A DNA stretch of 63,696 nt, the filler included, from Asterionella formosa (taxonomy: Eukaryota), in NCBI GenBank assembly GCA_002256025.1. It is 16 parts of 16 records of this genome, joined end to end, with 100 filler letters (N's around TTAATTAATTAA, not from the genome) between each part and the next. Parts side by side here need not be neighbours in the genome. Positions count along the whole stretch, not along the records: positions 35,950 to 39,830 come from NKIB01013853.1; positions 39,931 to 43,811 come from NKIB01013854.1; positions 43,912 to 47,789 come from NKIB01013855.1; positions 47,890 to 51,767 come from NKIB01013856.1; 12 more parts are not named here. One strand, 5' to 3'. Every line of letters begins with the position of its first letter. Position 1 is the stretch's first letter. Made by a program: the position numbers and the translations under genes. This document shows, piece by piece, positions 36,546 to 48,874 of the stretch. The notes below the pieces were generated by a model that did not search any database, had not been told where the DNA came from, and worked only from the letters and a program-made list of their open reading frames with translations.

Positions 36546-37002
36546 TTCGTAGTGTAAGTCAGTGATTTCATCTGGCCATTCTATGTAGATTTCTTCGTCG
36601 AGGTCGGCTTCAAGGAATGCCGCTTCGATGTCCACAATTTCACATACAAATCTTTCCTGTGTACCGGTAGGGTGATTGCAAAAACAATCCGTAGGCCAGC
36701 ACCAGGTACCGTAACAACAGGTGCAAATGAATCTGTGAAATCGACACCTGGTATCTGCACATAGCCTTTTACCACAATACGGCCCTTGTAGCGCGTATTG
36801 TTGTCGTGCTCGTTCTTTTTTTAAATACCCATTTTGCTCCAAGTGGCTTTCGTCCATTTAGGTTCTTCCGAGGATGTAGTTTCCACACTTTGCGGGAGTA
36901 GAAGTTTTCAATCTCAGCTTTGATTGCCTTGGTCCATTCGTCTTTTTCGTTGCTTAGTAGTGCCTGCTTGTAGCTCTTGGGTTCCATTGGGTCAGAAGCT
37001 AG
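36543..37002 (-). pseudogene. Copia reverse transcriptase fragment
   Basis: EPKSYKQAL, KWVFKK, VKGYVQIPGVDFTDSFAPV and DIEAAFLEADLDEEIYIEWP motifs, frameshifted. Confidence 0.92.
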
Positions 37003-38177
37003 GAGTCCTAACTACATAGATGAGCTCACTTTAACATAGACCTGCATTGTTATGTAGTGTAAATGGTCTGGTTGCTGCAACCATGCGCATCACTGTAGTA
37101 TCCTGACACCAGTAGCAGTATTTCTGCCACAGTCATTCCTATGATCATTCCATTCTGAGCAAGTGTGATTGCCACGCTGCTCCAGCACTATTGACTCTCT
37201 CTAGCTGAGTATTCATGTAGCTTCTGATACAAACTCGTAATAGAAATGTAGCAAAGCGCGTTAGTGCAAGAAAAGCATTGCTTGGTGGCAATATTGACAT
37301 CATTGTCAACAACTATACAAGTCAACAAATACAATCAACAACGGCACAATACCACATCTTCAATGAGTAGTCATTGATAAATGCTTTGGTTCTTATGTAG
37401 ACATATACAATCGAAACAAAACGACAGTGCGTAATCACAAACAACAATGGAAGCAATCAAAACAAACCACGGAAGCAATCAAATCGGACCTTTGGCAATT
37501 TTCGAGGTTTAAGATAGGAAATATCCAAAATATATTTTATATGATGGGCAATAGTGACATTTATGCTTTATTTGTGGGCAGTAGGTAAGTGAATGACGCG
37601 ACGATAGCTAGAGCGGGAATTGCCTCAACAATACCCTTCTCGGCGGCTGCTTGGCTTCTCGTGTGCATGTGTACTCGCAGGCAAGAGACCACCTCGGGCG
37701 TGTATTTGCCTTCAGCAAGACGATAGCTAGAGTGGGGATTAGTATACCTGTATATACTTGGCATGGAGGGAGTACAAGGTACCAGGAGGTAGGAATATCA
37801 AGACCTTCCGGGTACCAGTATTTTGGGGTACCACTAGTTACCAGTGCATGTACCAGTATACTTATTCCATATTCAATACTCACTCCCATATGATATACCG
37901 GTATACCGGCATGTAAAAATTGTTTTGTTGTCTCAGTATGCTGCTGTGTGTTACTATGAATGATGTAGGGCAAGGCAATGCATTGCCTCTGTCGTGCACA
38001 ATTGATGTCGCTGGCCATTATATCCTTTATCTGAATGATTTGACTTTTGTTCGATCCCCCAATACGAAATCGATATCATAACTAAGCTCTCTAAGTACGA
38101 GATCCAGGGCGGCAAGGAAACGTAATTGTTTCTATTGCGTTCCTTACTCCCCTTCCTCACGATAATATATTATCGGT

Positions 38178-38606
38178 ATGCCAACCACTACAGCTCGCAA
38201 ACGACCTCGTCCCGGTGAACTCGTTACCCGGCAAGTGGCAGATGTATTGGAAGCAATACTTCCAGACACGGTACCACCATTGACTAATGGAGCTCTAGAA
38301 GGCTTGCGTCTAGCTCATGAAGCATTTCTGGAAAAAATCGCAGCAGAATTGCAAAAGTCGGAATCAAAAGGTATTGTGCAGCCAAACGAATTAGAGGATA
38401 TTCTTTGCCGCTTAGGGTATGCTAACCTGGCGAAGGAAGCGAAGACCAAAATGAAGGAGACTGAATCAACTGTACTGGACTCCAAAACAAAGTTGAATAA
38501 GAAAAAGAAGTCCCAGTTATGGACAACTGACATGGAAGCGGAGCAAGAGAGATTACTAGCACAATCAAGAACAACGATGGTTGGCAAAAATAAGGACCCA
38601 CGTTAA
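38178..38606 (+). CDS. Histone-fold protein, NC2beta/Dr1-like
   Basis: 142 aa; ILP..AFLEKIAAE..VQPNELEDILCRLGY and C-terminal EQERLLAQSR resemble Dr1/Ncb2. Confidence 0.6.
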   Translation: MPTTTARKRPRPGELVTRQVADVLEAILPDTVPPLTNGALEGLRLAHEAFLEKIAAELQKSESKGIVQPNELEDILCRLGYANLAKEAKTKMKETESTVLDSKTKLNKKKKSQLWTTDMEAEQERLLAQSRTTMVGKNKDPR

Positions 38607-38756
38607 TTTCGTCGTTCCTACGACTTGGCTACTTGCATGGTACGCGCTGCATGTGATTAAATTGAATTTAATCTCTCCAAGTCTTCAATTCTCGGCCCTG
38701 ATGTCCTCACCATCATAACTTGATGTGTTTCCATAATTTGTTCAATAAATGTCTAT

Positions 38757-39317
38757 TTAATCCAAAGCTGGGTTGGACGAAAAGTTTTTCACCGCAAAAC
38801 TTGATCCGCATCCACATGCGGATTCTGACTGCGGATTATTTATCACAGCAAAGGCGGATTTAATCATTTCCTGTGTAAAATCAATAGTTGAACCCCGAAT
38901 CAGATCTAACGATGCCGAATCAATTACCACACGAGTCTCGTCGGCTTCATACACAATATCTACTTCTGGATCAATAGGTTCATCCTTGTCTTGAGTTAAT
39001 TCAAACTTGTATTGAAATCCGGAACAACCACCAGCGTCGACGTATACTCGTAGATAGATATCTTGAAGCTTCACGGCATCTTGCCGTTTGCGGACCAGCG
39101 CTTGGATTCGGTTGATGCAAGATTGTGTCACGGAAATGTCCTCAGTGACAATGGGTGGGGGTGCTGGGATGGATTCGGGGATTACGGAGATTTCTGGTAA
39201 GGATCCAGCAGCTGTCTTGGTGACCATGACCATGCCTCGATGAGATATGTTCGTATGATGTAGTAACATTCGTTGAGCGAACCGTGTGACAGTTGGTAAG
39301 AGCAATCGTGATGCCAT
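38757..39317 (-). CDS. ISCA2: Mitochondrial A-type Fe-S cluster assembly protein (IscA/HesB family)
   Basis: LRVYVDAGGCSGFQYKF and NNPQSESACGCGSSF motifs; basic N-terminal presequence. Confidence 0.93.
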   Translation of the reverse strand: MASRLLLPTVTRFAQRMLLHHTNISHRGMVMVTKTAAGSLPEISVIPESIPAPPPIVTEDISVTQSCINRIQALVRKRQDAVKLQDIYLRVYVDAGGCSGFQYKFELTQDKDEPIDPEVDIVYEADETRVVIDSASLDLIRGSTIDFTQEMIKSAFAVINNPQSESACGCGSSFAVKNFSSNPALD

Positions 39318-39522
39318 TTTGATTGAGACGTGGTGTGATTGAATTGCAATGAAACGGGGACACTTCGTCTAGTTTCCTTTTTCTTGTAGGATTTCCTTCG
39401 AAAGTGCCTTGAAATGAGCGTAGGGAAGAAAGGAGCAGTAAACAAGTGACGAGAGTTGTGCACATAGAGGGGCCCTGAGGATTACACAGGCAAGTTTTAA
39501 ACTCAATTTGTGTGTACATACC

Positions 39523-39830
39523 TGTCAAGAATATTAGCCCGAGTCACAAGGATTGTGGACTCGATTGTAATCGAACGAGTCGAATATTGCATTGCCACGT
39601 CAATCAGCTGTCTAACGAGATCAGAGATTGAAGATTTCTATGGAAATGTTAAGTGGAAACTCGAAGAGAGTCTTAGAATGACTTTGCAGGAAGCAAAGAT
39701 GCATGGAAAGGAAACATTTAGTTTAGCTTATAATTTAATTTGAGATTTAGATTATCAACCGAGGAAACAGTGTGTTAATTGACAGGAAGGTCAATTAGTC
39801 TATCTAGCAGGAAGGCTAGAAGCAGAGACA
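39523..39830 (+). mobile_element. Copia LTR, cut by contig end
   Basis: Starts TGTCAAGAA and aligns with the LTR at 1816. Confidence 0.75.
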
Positions 39831-39930
39831 NNNNNNNNNNNNNNNNNNNNNNNNNNNNNNNNNNNNNNNNNNNNTTAATTAATTAANNNNNNNNNNNNNN
39901 NNNNNNNNNNNNNNNNNNNNNNNNNNNNNN

Positions 39931-42900
39931 GAACGTAGCCTTTCACTACAATACGTCCTTTGTATCGAATACTCTTATCCTGCTCGGATTTCTTCTTGAA
40001 TACCCAGCGTGTGCCTAAGGGTTTTCTGCCCTTGAGATTGTCACGAGGAACCATTTTCCAAACATTTCGCTTGTAGAAATTGTTGATTTCATTTTTAATA
40101 GCAACGGTCCACTGCTTGCTCTCGTCTCCTTTCATAGCCTCCTTGTAATGCTTTGGCTCCCCAGGATCGGAAGCAAGCGTTGTAGAATATGCATAGAACC
40201 TCTCTACTCCTTCTTCACTTTGAAATAGTTCATCATCATCCTGATAGGCCGCTTCAGAATAATCTATTTCTTCAATTGATCCTTTGTCCTTGTCATCTAG
40301 TTGTAAGTTGCGCCGAGCACTGCGTTTGCCAGTAACTTCTTTCCAACCATCAGGGCGTTTCAATTCTCGTTCCAATTTTGCTTTCTTCGAAGCATCTTTG
40401 TTGATCTCATCACCTAACTTCACCACTGCTTCGGATAGCTGAAATCTTGTTTGTTTCACAACTGGAACAGGTGTTTCCAAATCAATATCCTGCTGGATAG
40501 GTGGCACAACGGGAAGAACGTCTTCGTCCTGCTTTTCATCATCAATTGGAATAACAACCACTTCTGTGTCCCCTTCCACATTGAAATCCCTCAAACCTGC
40601 GATTGGACTTGTTTGGCCATGCCAATCAGCCCAGCGAATGTTTCAACTATTTAAAATCTTTCTTGTCTGAGGGTTAAACATTCGGTAAGTGTCTCCAGCA
40701 TGATCATGAGAATAACCAACCATCACACATTTAATGGCCTTTTCTTCGAGTTTATTTGTTTTCTTAGCACCAATTTTCACCCATCCGATCCTGCCAAAAT
40801 GCATTAGATGATCGTAAATCATTGGAACCTTTTTGTAAAACTTCTCATCTGCACTTTTTACATCATTAGATGTGGCCACAATGTTCGTGATTCGTGTGTT
40901 GGTGTTGATGGCCTCTCCCAAAAGTAAACCTTGAAATTCATCATTAAATTTTGCAGCAAACATTGCTGCACATGCTCGTTGACGAATGGTTACAAACTTT
41001 CGCTCAAAAATTCCATTCTGTTGTGGTGTGTAGGGTGCCGTAAACTCAATTTGAATATTGAATTTGTCACATAGTAGTTTTGTCAAACCTGAGACGTTTT
41101 CACCCGCATTGTCACAACGGAGAAACTTGGTAACATACTCAGCCGTTTTGAGTTTAGTCAACAAATCTTCAATCTTTGAAGCAAGTTGCGACTTCTTCTT
41201 AACAAAGAAACTCCAAGATTTTCCGGTGCAGTCATCAACAACAAGGATCCAATAGTCGTTTCCTAAAATCGACTTTTTATATGGACCGCTGATATCTGTG
41301 CACAAACGTTCGCCCGGTTGAGTAGCCTTGCTCATAGTCATTTTAGGAACACTTTTTGCTTTAGGCTTAGCTAGCTAGCGCACATCCTTCACATGTATAC
41401 ATCAAACCTGTCATTTTGATACCAAGCGATTTCATAGTAGCCCGCAAGAATGCTGCTTCCCCAATATGTCCGTATTTAGCATGAGCTTCATTAATGTCCA
41501 TACTAGTCAATTTCGTTGTGATGACCTCTGCAGATAAGATATCACTCCCACCTGGGTAAATTCCACGAGTTCCTTGGAAATAGTACAAAACATCTAAATG
41601 ATCACGTTTGAAATCTAGCGTCTCAGTTTTTCCCGCTTTTGTCAAAGTCATTTTGTTGTGCTTCATACCAAGTTCGTATTTACCATCACGTACAAAAGTA
41701 CCAATGCTGATAATATTTTTATGAAAGGTAGGTGTATAAAGGACATTCTTAAGCAAGAGTGTCTCATTGGTCACTTTGTTTCGCACGCAGAAATCTCCGC
41801 GTTCCTTGCAAATGACTTCTTTACCATCGCCTACAACAACGCGTACATTTACTGCTTTCACATTTGTTATATACTTATTGCACATAGTAATATGACTGGT
41901 TGCGCCTGTATCAGCTAACCAATGTTCATTTTCCTCGCTTGATGCGCAAATTTTACTCTCACTGTTTTTGATGCTTGCATGGTGTGCTTGATTGATCTCT
42001 TCATCCACAATTTCAATCGTCACTCCAATAAGTGCATATTCTGTTTCTTCGCATGTAATGTAGACCTTTGTGTCTTCAACATATTCATAGTCAAAAAACG
42101 TCTTGTTGTTTGTAGTCAAGTCAATTATTTCAAAATCATCATCTGTATCAGACTTTTCTTCATGGATTTCGATCGTTTCAACAATTCCAATAAACATTCC
42201 AGTTTCTTTCTTTTCCTTTGTTTTCTTTTCTTCAGGACAATCCTTAGCAATGTGACCTGCATACTTGTTGCAATTGAAACATTTGACACCTTTGCCTTTC
42301 GTTTCTTTGTTTGCGCCTGCTGTATTGTTCTTGGATCGGCAGTCAGCTGCCTTGTGTCCTTGTTTTCCACAATTCTTGCAAAGTCCCTTGAATTTACCAT
42401 TTGCAAACAAAGCAATCTTGTTGGTATTTAGATCCTTGAACTTCCTTTTGTAGAATGCACGAAGTTTAGATTTCAAATCTGATAGAAAGTAATAGTACCC
42501 ATTCCTTCAATAACAGTAATGACTTCACTGTACTCTTTAGGTAACTTGTTCATCATGTGCGCAATGACTTCAACCTCTTTCTTTTCAAATGATGTATCAA
42601 TTTGACGCATTCTGTTCTTGATGTTATCGAGAGCAATGAACCATTCATCTGGGTCTGCTTTAGTACTCTCCGAAGTACAATCGTTGAATTCACCTGTTAG
42701 CTGAATCGAATCAGTAACTTGATGAGGAGCATATCGATCTTCCAAATACTGCCAGGCAAGAAAAGCATCTCCATCCATCAAATCATCTGTCTTGGCAGAA
42801 TTAACAATCCCAAATGCAATCCCACTGACACTAAGAATCAATAGCTGATATGCCTTGTCATTCAACTCGTACTTCTTCTTCTCGTCATCATCAGTAGACA

Positions 42901-43072
42901 CCAAATAGGCATCATCGTCGATTGGCTTCATGTCTTTGGCATAAACATGCCTAAAACCTTTAGATTTCGCAAACTGAAGAGTCTTGATACTCCACTCATG
43001 CCAAGCAGTTTCGCTTCCATCAAACTTGATCAAGCGAACAGTCTCACCTGATTTCTCATCGGCCGTAACCAT
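39931..43072 (-). mobile_element. Ty1/copia gag-pol (gag, two CCHC knuckles, protease, integrase, start of RT) with three frameshifts
   Basis: CKNCGKQGHKAADC, WLADTGATSH, DISGP..LRCDNAGE..APYTPQQNG..ER, EPKHYKEAM..RWVFKKK; breaks near 42475, 41365 and 40645. Confidence 0.96.
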
Positions 43073-43083
43073 GTCTCTAGACC

Positions 43084-43505
43084 TGTAGGTTCGTTTTAAA
43101 ACATGTTAAATTGTCTAGTTGAAATATCACAGATCTTACTTTTAAGATCTCTAAAGCTGAAAACGTATTTTCACTTTACACTTTGTAATATTGTGAGCTT
43201 ACTGTTAATAGTCTATCTAGGTCTTGTTCTTGCCTGATTACTCATGTAATCCCAAACAAGACTTCTCACACTTTCCTTTATCTCGTCAAAATGATCTTGC
43301 TTACTTTGACAATAAGTAAGCATATTCATTTGACAATAAGTGAGCAGCACTTATTCTTTTGACAATAAGTGAGCATCTGATTCACTTGTCAATAAGTAAA
43401 CATCTCCAGTGATTTGTCAATAAATGTCGCATGTTTTGGGTCTTGGTTTCTAATCACTACTAAGAATATTGATTCTCGATTCGTTGGATTCCATATATTT
43501 TATCA
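43084..43505 (-). mobile_element. 5' LTR (about 422 bp, TG...CA) with five tandem TTG(A/T)CAATAA motifs
   Basis: TGATAAAA...ACCTACA on the minus strand directly upstream of gag; outer end confirmed by the copy at 28103. Confidence 0.8.
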
Positions 43506-43620
43506 CGATCGAAGGAGGCTCAGATGTCGACAATGAAGCTTTGAAATATCGCAATCATCATATCAGTGCAGAATATTCTGAACCTGCGTTCTGACATACT
43601 AAAGCACCAAGAAATCAACA

Positions 43621-43811
43621 ATGGGAAAGGAAAAAGGGTGCTTTGATGGCCTGGATGTGGCCGCCATGGTGGCGCATCTGGAATGCGAGCTCATTGGCCG
43701 ACGCATCATCAACATTTACGACGGCGTCTCGGAGAATGACTCCTTTCTCATCAAATTCGATGGAGAGAACAAGCAAGTGCTAGTCTTGGAAAGCGGCATT
43801 CGCTTTCATAC
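43621..43811 (+). CDS. NEMF: NEMF/Rqc2 ribosome quality-control factor, N-terminal fragment
   Basis: FDGLDVAAMV..LIGRRIINIYD..FLIKF..LVLESGIRFH matches the NFACT N-terminus; cut by contig end. Confidence 0.82.
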
Positions 43812-44039
43812 NNNNNNNNNNNNNNNNNNNNNNNNNNNNNNNNNNNNNNNNNNNNTTAATTAATTAANNNNNNNNNNNNNNNNNNNNNNNNNNNNNNNNN
43901 NNNNNNNNNNNGGTACCAGAGTACCGTATAGCTATTGTTGTATCTATGTATGATATACTGGTAAATGATGCGTCCTATATGTACTGATTCTACGATGATA
44001 ATAATTGGGTTTCTAGTGACTACATTCAAAGTAGTCAAT

Positions 44040-44244
44040 ATGGAATCCTACGTTTAGGTAACTTTGGGAGAAAAAAAACCTAAACGTAATGCGTTTGGGT
44101 AACTTATTGGGATATGGGCACGGAATCCCCTAAATGTAATGCGTTTGCGTTGGGTTTTCCACTCCCGTTAGCATCGTTTTTTAGGGTTACCGAAACCAAA
44201 ACACTGTTTGGTTTGGGTTTTGGTCCACCGTTAGCAACAGCCTG
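44040..44244 (-). mobile_element. Possible hAT-type transposon end
   Basis: CAGGCTGTTGCTAACGG terminus with subterminal AAACCCAAAC and GTAATGCGTTTG repeats. Confidence 0.35.
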
Positions 44245-44624
44245 AACAAGTCATTTGTTTCACGCATCTACATATAGGATGTCTTAACGCCCCATCGATG
44301 TTGTGTTCCAGTTGTTGAGATAAACGACCACGAAAATGTTGAGTGAGGCACATCGGAAGAAAATAAAATTACCTCGTTTAGCTGGGCCGACATTTTATCT
44401 TCATATATGATATTATATAAAATTTGAATACTCCAAATTTATATAGCTTCCTTTAACGCTTTTCTTGAGGTGGTTTATAATTACGGCGCGATTGTGTGCT
44501 ACATCCCAATGTAAACATGCACACTAGTTCGCATCATAGCAATTTAGTGATTTTGTACTGTCAACATAGATGCATCCTGAAATGCTCTCGAGACCATCAC
44601 AATATACCACATTTTCATTTGTCT

Positions 44625-45769
44625 GGATCTTACAAATTCAGCTTCGCAAAAAGAATTTTCTTGGCGTTTGGACTGAATGTCTGGATGATAAGGACAGAGT
44701 CCATTCCTTGCGTACTCTGCTTTTACGCCATGCTCATTCAAAATTGGAGCGTCATGCTTATGGCGTTCGAATGAAGCACCGAATTCCATGGTGGCTGATT
44801 TATGATTTTTGATCGTGCTTCTTTTGGAGAACTCCTCCGAATTTTACATGCTTTGATTTTCCTGATGATATATATTTCTTTGTCCTACCGGTAGTCGTGT
44901 TTGATCTACATACATAATTCTTGTGTTCTTCAACTTCCTCTCGTGGAATTCTACAGTATATGAAAGATCTAAATTCGTTCAGTCATCATTCCTATCCTGG
45001 AATTTTTGTCTAACGTGATAACAATTATATACTACTGAATATATCTATACGCGCTGTCCTAGATGCGATAGCATGAAGTCTCCTTCTTTGCCAGCAACAC
45101 AATCTCAGCCTTCAACCCAAATTCCAACCACTTCAATTCCGTCTCCGATTGCTGCAATTCTTTCCAAGATGAGATTGAATGAACGGAATGCTGACATTCA
45201 AAAAAAAAGGTTGTTCAGACCTTTGGGACTTGGCTTATAATAATGAAAACAACAGGGTGACAATTGCTGAAGCAGGAGGTATTACTACGATTCTGTCTGC
45301 AATGAAGACTCATTCCTCCAATGCTACTGTGCAAGAAAAAGGTTGTGCAGCACTACAGAACTTGACTTTTAATGAAAACAACAAGGTGACGATTGCTGAA
45401 GCAGGAGGTATCACTACGATTCTGTCTGCAATGAAGACTCATTCCTCCAATGCTTCTGTGCAAGAGCATGGTTGTGTAGCACTACAGAGCTTGGCTGTGA
45501 ATGACAACAACGAGGTGATGATTGCTGAAGCAGGAGGTATTCCTTCAATTCTGTCTGCGATGAGGACTCATTCCTCAAATGCTACTGTGCAAGAGCATGG
45601 TTGTGGAGCACTACAGAACTTGACTATTAATGAAAACAACAGAATGACGATATCCAATGCTGGTGGAAAAGCCGTTATTGAGTCTTCTATGCGAAATCAC
45701 CCATCGAATGCTGGTGTTCAAGAAAAAGGTAAAGCAGCACTTTGCAATTTGACCCATTGTGGGAAATGA
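44625..45769 (+). pseudogene. ARM-repeat protein gene with Cys/His N-terminal module; 5' part inverted
   Basis: 126-bp (42-aa) repeats ENNKVTIAEAGGITTILSAMKTHSSNATVQE.GC.AL.NL; frameshift at the A-run near 45200; paralogue at 49660-50940. Confidence 0.85.
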
Positions 45770-46554
45770 TCATCATGGTAATACTTAGGAGGATCATTTA
45801 GTTTATATTATTGTAATTACGGAACTGTTATGTTTTGATTATCAATAAGTAGGGTATGTTTTTGTTAAACTGTTTGTTGAAATTTACTTTTACACTCTTC
45901 TTTATGGATGTTTCTCTGATGATGATACATACATGGTGAGCGATGCTTGTTTTGTAAACTCGTTCATTTTGCATACAGAAGGATCCATCAACATGGACAT
46001 GGACATGGAGATGAATAGCACACCGTCACCATCTGGGGGTAGCCGGAATGAAACAAGTCCTTATATAATGTATTCGCAACAGCAACAAATCAGAAATGAT
46101 TCCTCGGAGAAAGTGATGAGTGAGTACCAGGTACCTGTCGTATCCCCGTCGTCTTGATCTACAGTATTGTTAAAGTATTACCTTTTGTATAGATCTATAT
46201 CGTTAGACAAAGAAGACTATAGATAGAGACGTTCGTTTCTCTTTCCGTTTCTATATTCTTATTGTGAGTTTACTAATCTAGTTTAGGTTGTTCTGTTTGA
46301 ACAAAACAAACGAACTATTCTCCAAATGCTGTTTGCATTTCTAGGAACATACAATCATAGATAGACCCATGTCTATCTCACACTTACTGAACATAGGTAT
46401 TTAACCATGATCATTCATTTCAAACTATCGGTCTTCCGAAATAGCTTATGTTGTCCGGCTCATTATAGTCGGAGTAGCAAAGTATAATGTGTGGTTGATG
46501 AGAGCTTTGTACATCAAAGTGGACTCATTCGAATCGTTTGACTCGTTTGACTCC

Positions 46555-47789
46555 GAGTCCTAACTACGTAGATGAGCTCACTTTAACATTACCTCACGAT
46601 GTAAACCTACAGCGCCATTACATATGTAAAAATACTACCTACATGTGGAGATATTATGATTGGCTGAACCCCCAATGTGGAGCGACTCATGATGCGGAGG
46701 GTCCATGTGGAGTTATTATGTCCGTGGAGATATTAAGAGGTTTACGGTATATAATTATTATCACGTTGGACAAAAATTCCAGGATAGGAATGACTGAAAG
46801 AATGTGGAGCTTTCATGTAGCTCACTGTTTGAAGTTGCGGAGTTTTGTGGTGCACTTGCAACATGAGCAAACATGGACGCCAAAGCAGGGCAACTTGGTG
46901 TGCACTACTTTCGCTCGGAAGTGGTCCTCGTTGAGGTACTGATGCTTCTCTGGGCTGGCATTGAATGCGGGACACTTGGCAGGAGGTACACCCGTGGACG
47001 AGTTTTTAGCTTTGCGAATGATGCAATTGACCGTTTCTGTGTTGGAAGCATGCCCACCTGAACAGGTGATGGCATCCCTTCTTTTCAACGAATTAACGGC
47101 TTACTTGTCAAGGCATAAGGCTGATGTGAAGTCATCACCTATTCCGAAAAGAGTAAGTGTTGAACCTACTTTGCCTTGCATTTAGATCTTCCTTGTTCGT
47201 GTCTCACATTTTGGAAGTTGATTTCAATGCAGAGATCCGTTGGAAGCGTTGATATAAAGGTGGACAACACTGCCGCTCTCTACGAGCGTTTACGAATTCT
47301 TCGTTATGTTAATGGTTGTTTCTGAAACTGTGAAATGAAGTATTGTACAACTTCAACATCTGTGGCAATTGTATGACATTCCTGCTGATAGGGAGGAGGT
47401 AATGGTGTTTGTTGCACATGCATCAACTTTTGGTGACTTCACAGAACTTGAAGCAGCAATAGCGCCTCGCCCTCAGGGTCAGAATGACTCAAGCCTATCC
47501 TCTGCTTTGTCTGATGAGGTAAGGACATTCGCTTTCCTTGACCTTTTCTGCTCACAAGCAGTAAGTTGGGACGAGTTGGGTGAGGGTGCGAACAAGAGTT
47601 TCTATCTCATGTTCAAGAAACTTTCCCAGTCACCTGCCGCTTCGCTTACAGCCAGCGGTCTCACTGTGTCACTTCTCTTGTCTCTTCCAATTAAAAAAGA
47701 ATATTGAGTCATAAATTTGATTTGTTGAAAATAACTGTTGACTTTGTGTAGTTGCTCCAAGAGGTCATCAGATCTGCTCCAAATGATCC
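46555..47789 (+). mobile_element. Unclassified repeat starting GAGTCCTAACTAC.TAGATGAGCTCACTTTAACAT, with degraded ORFs
   Basis: Same 35-bp motif at 37003, where it abuts a copia RT fragment. Confidence 0.4.
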
Positions 47790-48014
47790 NNNNNNNNNNN
47801 NNNNNNNNNNNNNNNNNNNNNNNNNNNNNNNNNTTAATTAATTAANNNNNNNNNNNNNNNNNNNNNNNNNNNNNNNNNNNNNNNNNNNNAACTATCTTGA
47901 AGAAGCCAGGGAACTATTTAAATTAGAGGGAAAAGGAAGGAAAATGGGTAGAGAATTCCTGTTCGAAGGGTGTTGGCGAATTTTGAAGGATGCCCCAAAG
48001 TGGAAGGGTGGGTG

Positions 48015-48874
48015 TGCATATGCCAATTTGGGTAGATTCCGTCAACCAAATAATACCCCAGATTGTGTTGTTGGTTGTTGATGGCAAACTGTACTTTTGG
48101 AGTCCTTCCAGCTGACAAATCATGGAAAAACGGTGAACGATCCAAAATATTAAGATCATTGTTTGCCCCGGGCATTCCAAACCATGCATGCCAGAACCAA
48201 AGTCTACAATCAACCGCAGCTTCCAAAGCAATTGTCGCCACTCCTTCTTTTCCTTGATATGCTCCTCTGTGTGCTTTGGGACAGTTTTTCCACTCCCAAT
48301 GCATGACATCCAATGAACCAAGAAGACCCGGCCAACCCTTTCCTTCATGCAAACGTAGAATCATCTCAAGGTCCTCTTTGGTCGGAGCTCTAAGATACTC
48401 TTTCCCATACCTGTTGATTATTGCGTTACAGAAGTGTTGCAAGTTGTTGAGTGTTGTTGACTCTGACATCCTTGTTAAATCATCCAACTGATCAGCCGAT
48501 GTTCCATAGGCTAACATGCGAAGCGCCGAGGTAAGTTTTTGGTGTGGCGAAAATCCCAGTAAACCCAAGGCATCCTTCTTCTGAGAAAAGTAAGAATCCG
48601 AAGAAACCAAATCATCAAGAATCTTCTCAAACAACGAACGTCTCATCCGGAAGCGCCTCCTGAACATTGCTGACGAGTAAATCGGATTTTCACCGAAATA
48701 ATCCTTTTTCAAAAGCTTGTCATAGTCTGTCCGAAAACGATTGAGATTGGATGCCTTTCCCACCTTTGATCCTCCTCCCTTGTTTCTTTCTTGCTTGGCA
48801 TTCTCGCGTTGCTTCCGGATATCGCGGAAGTGGAAGAAGCGATCGTCATCTGACGAGTCGCTATCATTGCTCAT
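48015..48874 (-). pseudogene. PIF-like transposase (Plant_tran type), 3'-truncated
   Basis: FRRRFRM, SALRMLAYG, GLLGSLDVMHWEWKNCP and YYLVDGIYPNW; similarity stops before the catalytic Glu region. Confidence 0.9.

Noticed and set aside
41360..42480. Programmed frameshifts in the copia gag-pol
   Set aside because: Three breaks, one from a GCTA duplication at about 41370; copia elements normally use a single ORF
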